Positions 24,737-34,615 of a stretch of DNA of 64,000 nucleotides are shown here, piece by piece. The stretch covers positions 800,001 through 864,000 of the forward strand of contig OZ245033.1 of assembly GCA_965224025.1 (NCBI GenBank). The letters run 5' to 3'. The stretch is from Candidatus Multivorans sp. Its GTDB lineage: Bacteria > Acidobacteriota > Thermoanaerobaculia > Multivoradales > Multivoraceae. Both the position numbers and the translations under genes were made by a program. The notes under the pieces are model-generated. The model made no database searches. It was not told the origin of the DNA and saw only the letters and a list, made by a program, of their open reading frames with translations. Position 1 is the stretch's first letter. The number at the start of each line of letters is the position of its first letter.

Positions 24737-26235
24737 CGACCGCCTCCGGCGGGAGGAGACCGAACGTCCAGGGCCGGTTGCTTCTCGAACACGAGGCCCC
24801 GCTCCGAGCCCGAACTCAGGCTGAATTCGGTGACTGCGCCGGTCGCGTTGCGTTCGAACTCGAGCCGCGCTGGAGACGCGGCCCACCCGCGGCTCTCGAA
24901 CTCGACCCGGAACTCGTCCTCGGCGACCGGAGCCACCGGAAGCGCCGGCTGCTGCTCGATTCGCACTGTGAGACCGCCATCCTCGACGGCGAATCGGTAG
25001 GTGGCGTCCAGTTCGGGGGAGAAGAAGCTGCCGGAGAACTCGGCCAGCTCGGCGGGCGACGGGGATGGTGCGTCGGGTTGCTCCGCCGCCTCGTCCTCGT
25101 CATCCTCCTCCTCGTCGCTGCCCTCCGACCCGAGCTGGTCCGCCAGGTAGTGGTCGGCAACCCGCCGCGCCAGCTCTCCGGGGTCTCCGTACTCGGCGTT
25201 GCAGGCGACGGCGATCGACAGGCCGGGCTCCACGTACCGCCTGAGTTCCGTCAGGAAGCCCCACGAGTGGCCGCCGTGCCCCACCGTGCGCAAGCCGCGA
25301 TACTCACCCGGAGTGATGCCGTGGGCATAGCCGATCCCGTCGCCGCTGTTGAGCGTGCCCTCGGTCAGCATCTCCCCGTAGATCGCTGGTTTCTCGGCGC
25401 CGTGCAGGTAGTCGTCCCAGCGCAGCAGATCCTCCACCGTCGTGTAGAGCTGCCCGTCGCCGGCGATCTCGAAGTTGTAATTGTGCACGATCCGCAGCCG
25501 TCCGTCGTCGTCTCGGTGGTAGCCGGTGGCGCGCCGCGGGATGATCTCCTCGCGGTTCTCGTACATCCGGCTGCTTTCCATTCCCAGCGGCTCGAAGATC
25601 CGCTCCCGCGCCAGCTCGCCCAGGGACTTGCCGCTGGCGCGCTCGAGGGCATGGGCCAGGAGCATGTAGCCGGTGTTGCTGTACTCGTACCGCTCGCCGG
25701 CAGGGAAGACCGGCGCGAGCTGCCGCGACATCATCGCCAGGAGTTGCTCGCGCGAAACCGCGTAGTAGTCGCCGGCGCTGGCGAGCGGAAACAGGTTCAG
25801 ATAGTCGCGCAGGCCGCCGGTGTGGTGGATCAGGTGCCGCAGGGTGATCGGCCGTTCGTACTCGGGCAGTTCCGGAAGCCACTTGCGAACGTCGTCGTCG
25901 AGCGAGACCGTTCCGCCCAGTGCCAGCATGTTGGCGACGGCGGCGACGAACTGCTTGGTCACCGAGGCGACGTCGAAGACTGTCTGCGGCGTGATCGGAA
26001 TGTCGTAGTCGAGGTTGGCGTAGCCGTAGCCCCGCGAGTAGATGAGGTCGCCGTCCCGCGCCACCGCGAGCGCGCATCCGGGCGAATCCCGCGTGTCCCA
26101 GGATGCGAACAGCGCGTCGACGGCCGGATTGTCGGCTCCGGTGTCGAGGCTGGCTTGCCGGTCGCCGGGGCTCGCGCAGCCGATGGCGAGCGCCAGGATC
26201 GTCACGGTAGCCGGGAGAGCGCGGTAGCGGGTCAC
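24733..26235 (-). CDS. Beta-lactamase-family serine hydrolase (putative lipoprotein)
   Basis: SVTK (SxxK), YSN, HGG motifs; AIGC lipobox-like sequence. Confidence 0.9.
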   Translation of the reverse strand: MTRYRALPATVTILALAIGCASPGDRQASLDTGADNPAVDALFASWDTRDSPGCALAVARDGDLIYSRGYGYANLDYDIPITPQTVFDVASVTKQFVAAVANMLALGGTVSLDDDVRKWLPELPEYERPITLRHLIHHTGGLRDYLNLFPLASAGDYYAVSREQLLAMMSRQLAPVFPAGERYEYSNTGYMLLAHALERASGKSLGELARERIFEPLGMESSRMYENREEIIPRRATGYHRDDDGRLRIVHNYNFEIAGDGQLYTTVEDLLRWDDYLHGAEKPAIYGEMLTEGTLNSGDGIGYAHGITPGEYRGLRTVGHGGHSWGFLTELRRYVEPGLSIAVACNAEYGDPGELARRVADHYLADQLGSEGSDEEEDDEDEAAEQPDAPSPSPAELAEFSGSFFSPELDATYRFAVEDGGLTVRIEQQPALPVAPVAEDEFRVEFESRGWAASPARLEFERNATGAVTEFSLSSGSERGLVFEKQPALDVRSPPAGGGR

Positions 26236-27146
26236 TTCGCCCATTCTCGCAACTGTTCGAGGGTCGTCGTAGCGCCGCCGCAGACGATGACCAGGACGGA
26301 CTCGAAGTCCTCGAGTTCCAGTGCGCCGTCGTACACGGCGGCGAGCGACGCTCCGCAGGCCGGCTCCACGACCACCCTGTGATCGGCGAGGAACCTGTGA
26401 CATGCGGACACGGCGGCCTGATCGGAAACCACGACGCTCCGAAGCGGATGATCCCTGGTGCAGTCGAACGCTCGTTTGCAGATCTTCTTCGCCCCAAGCG
26501 TAATGGCGAGGCTGGTGATGGCGGGCAGCTCGACCCGGGAGCCAGCTCGCACCGACTGAGCCAGGGAGTCGGCGCCTTCCGTTTCGACCGCAATCACCGG
26601 GACATCGGACCAGCCGCTGCTCCGTAGCCCCTCCACGAGGCCGCACAGCAGCCCGCCCCCTCCGACGGAGACGACCACGGCGTCGGGCTTGACGCCCGAC
26701 CGCACCACCTCGTCCACCAGGGTGGCATGTCCCTGCCAGACGAGAGGGTCGTCGAACGGATGAACCAGAGCATCAGACTCCTCGACCGTCGACATGGCCA
26801 GTTCATTGGCTTCCTGCCAGGAATCGCCATGGACGACGACTTCGGTGCCTTCCTGCCGGATCAGGGCCTTGGCCCTGTCGGACGTGGTTTCGGGCACCAC
26901 GATGAGCACGGGCACCGAGAGATGGCGTCCGGCGTAGGCGACCGCGATCCCCGCGTTGCCGCCGGACGACGAGATCAAGCGCCTGGCGCCCCGCCGAACG
27001 TACTCCTGGCAGGCGAAGCCGATGCCTCGAATCTTGAACGAGCCGGGCGGCTGCATCGCGTCGAGCTTCAGCCAGATGCTCCGCCCCGCGTGGATGGACA
27101 GCGGGCGCGACTCAAAGAGCGGCGTTTCGATGTGCAGTGGCTTCAT
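26232..27146 (-). CDS. PLP-dependent L-serine/threonine dehydratase (SDS-like)
   Basis: GSFKIRG, SSGGNAG, HPFD, SVGGGGL, VEPACGA, VCGG motifs. Confidence 0.92.
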   Translation of the reverse strand: MKPLHIETPLFESRPLSIHAGRSIWLKLDAMQPPGSFKIRGIGFACQEYVRRGARRLISSSGGNAGIAVAYAGRHLSVPVLIVVPETTSDRAKALIRQEGTEVVVHGDSWQEANELAMSTVEESDALVHPFDDPLVWQGHATLVDEVVRSGVKPDAVVVSVGGGGLLCGLVEGLRSSGWSDVPVIAVETEGADSLAQSVRAGSRVELPAITSLAITLGAKKICKRAFDCTRDHPLRSVVVSDQAAVSACHRFLADHRVVVEPACGASLAAVYDGALELEDFESVLVIVCGGATTTLEQLREWAK

Positions 27147-27289
27147 GACTGGTACTTCGTCCCCGGCGAGGCCCTGTAGCCTCGCGACGTTAACGGGTCG
27201 GCCAGGCGCCCGAGCGCTCTCTGGGAGGTGGCGGCGATCCTCTCGGCGCGCTCGTTGCGATCAGTCTGATCTACGGACTCTTTCACCGG

Positions 27290-27661
27290 CGCTTCTACCG
27301 GCTGAACGGCGAACTGAACGCGCAGACCGAGCTCCAGGTCTCGATCCTGGAGCAGCGTCGCCTGGAGTCGCTCGTGACGCACCTCAGGAAGTTGCGCCGA
27401 AGCGAAGTCCGGCTCTCGGACACGGAGGCCGTTCTGTACGGCGGGATCTTCGCCGCCATGTTCGCCTTCGTGCTCGGCAACGTGTGGATCGCGGCGACGA
27501 TTCCGATGATCACGGCGGGCGCGATCTTCGCGATTCTCAGCTACTCCTGGGAGTTCGTGGAGTCGAGCATCGCCCTGCCTATGGCGCTGCAGGAGTGGTC
27601 GCGGCTCGGCGAGATCCGCGATCGGCTGAATCGGGCCACGGAAGTGGCCGAGCCTGTCTAG
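27290..27661 (+). pseudogene. C-terminal fragment of an ABC six-transmembrane-domain-like protein
   Basis: Hydrophobic helices with AGAIFAILSYSWEF..LP; no N-terminus. Confidence 0.45.
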
Positions 27662-27795
27662 CGGCGACCATCCTGCGGCGCACCCAGCGGGTGGCTTCGG
27701 TTTCAGTACCAGCGTTGCACTGCCGCACATCCCCCGCTGGGACTCTCCACCCTTTAGCAAGTGTGTTTTGGGGAGGCTGCTGCGGGTCAGGGAGG

Positions 27796-29049
27796 TCATG
27801 CGACCTGGGCATGGCATCGCTTGTTGGGGTCGAAGAGAGTTCGGTCTCGGAGCATGGCGCAGGCGACGCCGAGGAGTCGGTCGACGAGTTGTCTGATGGC
27901 GCGTCCGTGCGTCTTTCCCTGGGCTTTCATGGCGTCGTACTTGGCGCGGCTGATCGGGTCATGCTCGATGGCGACTCGTCCCCAGTGATAGACGGCGTCG
28001 CTGAGGTGTTCGTTGGCGGCGAGTCGTCGCATGACGATGAGCTTCTTGCCGGACTTGACGGTCACCGGCGCCACTCCGCAGAGGCAACGCAGTGCCTCGT
28101 GGTCTCTGCGGCCCAGGCTTTGATCGGCCTCGGAGAGCAGGGTGGCGAGGCCGACCTTGCCGAGTCCGGGCAGCGACCTGAGGATGGCGGCGTCGCTCGG
28201 CTTAGGGGAGTCGTCGTCGTTTTCCCGTTGGGCCGGGGCCTCGAGTGCGCGGGTCATCCGCTCCAGCCGCTTGTCGGCGTCGGCGAGTTGGCGGCAGACG
28301 GTGTCGAGCACCGGCCGGAGGAGTCCTATGTGTTCGACGGCGGCCTTAACGGTGTCCGGGGAAACGGCGATCGGCTCGGCCCGCAGTTGATCGCGCAGTT
28401 GGGCGGAGGTCAGGCGCCGGATGCGGTGTTCCTTGAGCAGTTTGGCGAGCGTGGCTTCGCGCAGCCGTCGAGCCTTGCCGGGGGTCGGCGCCAGTCGCCA
28501 CAAGGCCAGCGCGAAGGGCGCCGACACCTCGTTCTTGACCACGGCGAGAAACTGCGGGTAGTAGCGCCAGAGCTGGTCGCGGACCTGGTTCTCCAGGCGG
28601 TTCTTCTGGTTGACCAACTGCTTGCGGGCGCGGGACACCTCGCGCAGCATGACGATGGCGGCATCGGATGGTTGCACGCGGTTCAGGCACTCGGGGTCGG
28701 TGCGAAGCGCGGCGGCGAGCACCCGTGCATCGCGGCGGTCATCCTTGGCGCCGGCGACGGAGAAGCGGTCCCTGAAGCGGTCGAGCTGCTTGGGGTTGAT
28801 CGAATGCACGGCGAAGCCCCGCTCCAGGAGAGTCTCGACCACCGGTCCGTGCGGCACCTCGATGGCGACGCCGATCTCGTCCGGAGACGTCGGTCGGGTA
28901 TGTCCAAGGAGCCAGTCGGCCATGGCGGCAAGTCCCTTGCCGCTGTGGTCGAACGCCCGCTCCCCCCTCACCTTGCCGTCCCGATCCAGCACACACACGT
29001 GGTGGGTCTCGGACCCCCAGTCCACGCCGACGAACCACGTCCTGGTCAT
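27796..29049 (-). CDS. IS110-family recombinase (DEDD RuvC-like domain plus Transposase_20 domain)
   Basis: VGVDW, AIE, KDDRRDA; SLPGLG, GVAPVTVKSGK (putative catalytic Ser); AAGGAGGA RBS. Confidence 0.95.
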   Translation of the reverse strand: MTRTWFVGVDWGSETHHVCVLDRDGKVRGERAFDHSGKGLAAMADWLLGHTRPTSPDEIGVAIEVPHGPVVETLLERGFAVHSINPKQLDRFRDRFSVAGAKDDRRDARVLAAALRTDPECLNRVQPSDAAIVMLREVSRARKQLVNQKNRLENQVRDQLWRYYPQFLAVVKNEVSAPFALALWRLAPTPGKARRLREATLAKLLKEHRIRRLTSAQLRDQLRAEPIAVSPDTVKAAVEHIGLLRPVLDTVCRQLADADKRLERMTRALEAPAQRENDDDSPKPSDAAILRSLPGLGKVGLATLLSEADQSLGRRDHEALRCLCGVAPVTVKSGKKLIVMRRLAANEHLSDAVYHWGRVAIEHDPISRAKYDAMKAQGKTHGRAIRQLVDRLLGVACAMLRDRTLFDPNKRCHAQVA

Positions 29050-29092
29050 CTCGTCCTCCTTCTCCCTTGCGGTAGTGTTGCCTGGTCGGCAT

Positions 29093-29233
29093 GCCGCGTT
29101 GCCTGCCCGTACCTGTACTGGTGCTCTAAGGCACTGACTCTCCACTGGGCGTCCAACGCGGCGAAGCAGCCAGGGCACGGGTCCCAGCCAGGTGCTCGAA
29201 GCACAGTGCGCCGGTGGTCGCTCCTGGCTGCTT
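29093..29233 (-). ncRNA. Predicted bridge RNA target-binding and donor-binding loops
   Basis: Two stem-internal-loop-hairpin domains; loop strands match the insertion target (CCGGCGCAC, GCTGGG) and the element ends (GTGGAGAGTC, GTACAGG). Transcript ends unknown. Confidence 0.82.
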
Positions 29234-29500
29234 GCCGACCTTCCTTCAGTGACTCCGGCAGGCCGGAAACGAAACCGACCGGCGGTCCCGGCTGCGGAAG
29301 CTGCCGGTCCCGCGGAAAACGGCAGACCGTTTCCCGCCGGACCTTGGAAAACCGGCAAGCCGGTTTCCCACAGCTACCGCAGCCGCGACGGCTACTGGTC
29401 GATTCCACCTCTCTCAACGACCCACCAGAATCCACCCGAGAAAGGTACAGGTACGCCGGCCTCCGGCCGGCATCCGGCGCGAAGCGCCGGTCTCCGCAAC

Positions 29501-29734
29501 TCAGGCCACAGCCCCGACTTCAACCCGATCAACACCCAGCCGGCCCTCCTCGATCACCAGGCCGACGGCGCCGCAATCCAGCGCGGTGTCGGTGACCTTG
29601 ATCAGCGCCGCGCCGTCGACCTTGCCGATCAGGCGGTCACCATCGACCTGCAGGGTCAACTCGTGGGTCTCGCCGAGCCGCCCCGGCCCGCGTAAGGTTA
29701 GCCTTTCGCTGGCTGCGGCACCGCCCTTTTCCAC
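29501..29734 (-). pseudogene. Orphan C-terminal beta-sandwich-like gene fragment
   Basis: Protein-like frame LTLQVDGDRLIGKVDG..GAVGLVIEEG with no credible N-terminus. Confidence 0.35.
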
Positions 29735-29828
29735 GACGTCTTGTGCATTGCCGATCCATGTGGCTGCTACTCAGCGGGAGCGGGAATCCCCCGAGTCCGA
29801 GTTCAAGCGGCGCTACGGGCCACGCGGA

Positions 29829-31331
29829 CTAGGCGGCCCGTGTACCTCGCGACTGACGCGGGCTTCCGCAAGCTCGTTCCCGGGCAACGACCGCCTCCAG
29901 GTGAGGCGGCGGCCGCCACAGGCATTCCATGACGTAGGGCAGGTCCATGGGCCGGCCGTCCCAGGCAGGCATCGACTCCTTGCCGGTGATCAGGATGCGG
30001 GCGTCCTCCAGGTGTTCGATCAGTTCTCGGGCTGCATCGAGGCCTACCGGTGGCGGTGCCGGACTCTGGTCCAGCGGCCGGCCGCGCGGATGGAAGAACT
30101 GCACGGCCGTGTTGGCGCTCAGTCGGACTCGGAACCCGCCCTCGTGGAGGAGGCGGTGGTGCCGGCGGCAGAGGAGTACGAGGTTCGACAGCTTCGTTTC
30201 GCCGCCGTCGGCCCAGTGGACGATGTGATGGCCGTCGCAGTGCTTCGACGTGTAGCCGGGGAAGCGGCAACCGCGGTCGCGGAACTCGAGGGCGCGCCGG
30301 ATGGGCGGTGGAATGGTGCGGGTCTTGCGGCCGACGTTGAGGATCTGGCCGGAACGGTGACTCATGCAGACCTTGCCGGCGTCGCAGGCGATTCGTCGCG
30401 CTGTTTCTGCGGAAACAGGAACGTTGGAGTCGCCGAGCCAGGCGCCGCTGCGTGAGGGCGGTTGTCTTGCCGGCTCAAGTCGGTTTCGCGTTTCCGCGGA
30501 AACGCGCGCGGCGGTTGCGTCCCGGGAACGCTTTCCCGACTGGTGCGTCGGTGGCGTTTCCGCGGAAGCGGGCGCTGCTGGCGTTTCCGGGGAAACACGA
30601 GGCGCTCGGGCAGTTGCTGGCGCGTCCCTCCGGGCCTTGAGATCTTCGTCGTTCACATGCACGACGACCTGATACCGATCGCCGCTTGACCCCGGGTCCA
30701 GACCGGCCCTGAGCGCGCTTTCGGCAACGAGGGCGAGAGCGTCGGCGCGCACCTTGCCGACTGGTGGCCGATCCTTCGGTTGCTCGGCATAGAGCCTGTC
30801 GCCCGCAGCCTTGAGCGCCTTCATCAGCACCTCGCCCGCCTCCGGTGCCAGGCGTCCGCGAATCACGAACATGCCGTTCTCGTCGATATGGGTGGTCAGG
30901 TGACTCGACGCGTCACGCAGCTCGTCGTCGGTTGCTTCGACGGTGCGATCGATCCGCCGCCACTCCCGGACGACGCGTTCGGCTTGCGCTGCGGTCCCTG
31001 CCTTGCCGAGGTCGACCAGCGACTCCTCCGTGTCGGGCCGGACTATGCGGGTCAACGCCCTCACCTTGGAGTAGGAGAGTTGGCCGCGTTTCATCGCCTC
31101 GCTCATCAGGGGCAGTTCGCCCAGGGCCCGGGCTACGCGCACCCGTTCGCGGGCCGCATTGGGCGCGAGACCGATGCGCCAGGTGAGCCAGTGGGCGCAA
31201 CTGAGAAAGCCGCAGTTCCAGCCTTCCTGTTCATCGAACTTGCGAATCAGAACGAGCAACTCGTAGGTCGCCGCGTCGATCCGAGCCGCGAGCGTGGCGA
31301 TCTCCTAGCCCATGCGCTCCTTGGCGCTCAT
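29829..31331 (-). pseudogene. DUF222 / HNH endonuclease protein with in-frame TAG at codon 9 (31305-31307)
   Basis: SCAHWL.WR, LSYSKVRALTR, RRALEFRDRGCRFPG, HHIVHW.DGGET..NLVLLC..HH motifs. Confidence 0.85.
30401..30596. repeat. Five copies of the palindrome GTTTCCGCGGAAAC inside the DUF222 gene
   Basis: Copies at 30401-30418, 30487-30506 (perfect 20-bp palindrome), 30517-30531, 30555-30570, 30583-30596. Confidence 0.8.
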
Positions 31332-31676
31332 GCCGGTTTCCTTGTCAATCATTGTCGTCACTCGTGCTGGGACCTTGCGGTCCGGGTTGGCACTGTGGCG
31401 GAGGTCACAAACCGGCCGTCGGGGCCTCCGTCGAAGGGAGACAATCTAGCACGAATGGACGTGAAACGCAATCAATCTCGACTTGGCACGGTTTAGGAAT
31501 CCGACGTCACTTGGACGACGGCGGTTCGGTTCTCGAAAAAGCGTCGGTCCAGATCGTCGAGATGCTCGATCAGCGAGCGGACGGCTCTGAGCAGTTCCAG
31601 GATCGCAGTCTCTGGAGACTCGACGCCAGACCCGGTTCCTGCGCCGAGCCTGTCCTCGAGCCGGACTCGGCCGGTC

Positions 31677-32225
31677 TTAGTAGGGATTCGAAGGCGTGAT
31701 CTTCCAGGCCTCGAGCGAGTGCACGTGGGCATCGCCGCCGACGGCGAAGAGCTGAACGCCGACGCTGTCCGGGCGTGACGGATAGATGCGCCGCGCGACG
31801 GCCTGGCGGCTGTTGGCGAAGACCCCGACCACGGACTTGTCGACGAAGACTCTCAGCGTCAACCGCTCGCCGGCCTTCAACTCGAAGGGCGCCGCCTCGA
31901 CGACCTTGGGCGTGTCTTCCGGGTCTGACTTGCGTGTATCTACGTTGAGCAGCTTCTTTTTGGCAACGTAGAAGACCGACGTCTCCTCCTGGCCGTCCGG
32001 CGGCGCGCACACCTTGATGCCGTACTCGGACGCCTCGGCGCTGTCCATCTCGACCAGCAACTCCAGGCTGTTGCCGGCGACGCCGTCTACAGGCAGGTCC
32101 GCGCCGGACGGCACGGTCTGCGGCCCCTTCCGCACGCCGCCGCGGCGCAGCGCCTCAAGCTCCTCGGGAGCCTCCATGCGGAGCAGGCCGTCCTCCCCGA
32201 GCAACAAGACCCGCGGCAGGCTTCC
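31677..32225 (-). pseudogene. Glycoside hydrolase family 32 C-terminal fragment
   Basis: SLPRVL, LRVFVDKSVV.VFAN, RIYP motifs; catalytic propeller absent. Confidence 0.75.
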
Positions 32226-34615
32226 GCGAAGAAGGCCACTTGCGCGTCGATGTCCCCGTTCCTCATCGCGGCGCGGTAGTTCCGCAGAGCGGTGAGCACG
32301 TCGGCCCCGGTACCTGCACCTGAGGGTGTACTCGCCGATCCACACATCAATCCGATTCCCTGCAGGCCGAGATTGTCGCGTACCCATCCCGCGAACGCCA
32401 GTGATCTCACGGTGTTGGATGTTCAAACAGTGTCCGCTAAGCTCCCGCGAGCTACCAGGTTCAGTAGCCCATCACCGGTTTCACCCACGAAGGAGGTTCG
32501 AGAAATGCGACGAGTCCAAGGTCCCATCGTCATCTGCATGGTCATGGCGGCGCTGATCGCCGTGGGCGCTCATGCCGACGCGCCTCAGACCGGCACGGTC
32601 GAAGGCGTCGTCACCGATGCGTCGGGCTCGCCGATCCCTGGAGTCGCCGTCTCGCTTGAGAGCGAACGCGGTACCCGGACGGCTATTGCGAACGCGGAAG
32701 GCGCCTATCGCTTCGGCCTGCTCGTGCCCGGCGACTACACGGTACGGGCTGCCATGGAGGGCATGCAGTCGCAGCCCGCGGCAGCGCCCCTCGAAGCCGG
32801 TACCCGCCTGGTGAGGAACCTCCAGCTCGCTTCCATCACGGAGGAGACGATCACCGTGATCTCCGAGGCGCCGCTGGTCGACAAGTACGAGGTGGGGGCG
32901 GCCTCGACCCTCGAAGCCGCGGTGGCGGAGAACGTGAGCTTCGGGAAGCGGAACTACCAATCGGCGGTCATGCTGCTGCCCGGTGTGACCAGTGACGCAC
33001 GGTCACAGGGCCTCGGCGATCACACACCCACCGTCAACGGCGGTCTGTGGAGCGAAACCGCGGGCTTCGTCGACGGCGTGGACACCTCGTTCAACCGCCG
33101 CGGCGGCAGTTCCCGCCTGTTCCTGCCGACCACCGCGCTGTCCTCGGTTCGCCTGGAGTCGGCCGGAGCGCCGGCGGAGTACGGCCGGGTGATCGGCGGC
33201 GTCACCAACGCCGTGGTCAAGACCGGGACGAACAGGTTCCACGGCGACCTGCTCTACATTCTTCAGCGTCAGAGCTGGCGCGCCCAGTCGGACGCCGTTC
33301 CGCTGCCGCGCTCGAGCGACAACACGAATAGTTTCGAACTCGCGTTCGGCGGTCCGTTCGCCCGCGACAAGGCGTGGTACTTCGTCGCAGGGGGCGAGAC
33401 GAACTCGAACGAGATCGACGCCTTCCGCGGCGGCGCCGTACTCGACAACAGCATGCAGGGCGAGCCGCTTGTCGGCAAGTTCAACTTCCAACCCCAACAG
33501 GACCACCAGTTCTCTCTCCTCTATGCCGACGGCAGCGTGGCCAAGGTGTCTTGGGCGGCAAACGCCGCCGACCTCTGGACTCCAGGCATCTTCGACCTCA
33601 CCGAGATTCTCACCCAGGGCGCCTGGAACTGGGCGGTCTCCTCGAACGCCTTTCTCGAACTGAAGGTGGCCGACTACGAGTCGGAGATCCTTCGCGGCCA
33701 GGTCAATCAGCGGCCGGTCGACTCCGGCGCGAACCCCGACAGTCCGGCGGGTAGCGGCGGCGCCTACTGGGACCTGACGAACAACCTCAAGTACAACTCG
33801 GTGTACCTGGGATCCGGCACCGGCTACAACTCCTTCCCGCGGAAACAGGGCAACGTCGCCCTGAACCTCTTCCGCGGCGACCACGAGTTCAAGTTGGGTG
33901 TCGACTACCAGGATCTCGAGTTCGAAAGCTTCAACACCCCGCCTACCCGGTATCAGGGTCGGGGTTACAACGAGAACCTCCCGGGCGGCTTCAGCGTGCC
34001 GGTACGCAAGCGAGTCTTCATTGTGCCGGACGAGCCGGTGGTCACCACCAGCGACAACCTGGCCGTCTTCGCGCAGGATCGGATCACCGCCGGCGACAAC
34101 TGGACGTTCAACCTCGGGCTTCGCCTGGACGCTCAGGACCACGCCAACGATGTCGGCGAGGAGGCCACCTCGCCGAGCGACGTGGCGCCGCGTCTTGCCG
34201 CCATCTACGACATCAAGGGCGATGGCAGGACGCTGCTCAAGGGCACCCTGGGACGTACCTACCAGCTCATCGGTACGCACATCGTCAACGGCTTCATGTC
34301 GCGGCTGCCGAACGGCGCCAACGCATTTCACCAGTACGGCTACAACCGGGCGACACAGCTCTACGACCGCTTCCAGTTCACGTCGATCCCGAACAACCGG
34401 ACGCCGATTCAGCCGTTCGACCCGTACTACAAGGACGAGATCACCTTCGCCGTCGAGCGGCAGATCGGCGATCTTTGGGCTTTCGAGGTCCGCGCCATCG
34501 TCTGGGAACTCGGAGACCTGTACTGGGGCAACGAGCAGTTCGACGCGAACGGCTGAGGTGGTCCCGGTCCTTTGGACAGTTTCGAGGCCGGGCTAAGGTG
34601 TACTCCATGTGTTGA

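Larger units (their letters stand above)
27740..29451 (-). mobile_element. IS110-family element with CC core, inserted in a REP-like repeat
   Basis: No terminal IRs; core dinucleotide at both ends (GG on plus strand at 27740-27741 and 29450-29451); removal restores GCCGGCCGGAGGCCGGCGTA-CC-CAGC. Confidence 0.88.

Noticed and set aside
30401-30596. CRISPR array
   Set aside because: Repeats are only 14-20 bp, irregularly spaced and inside a coding frame; no cas genes in the window
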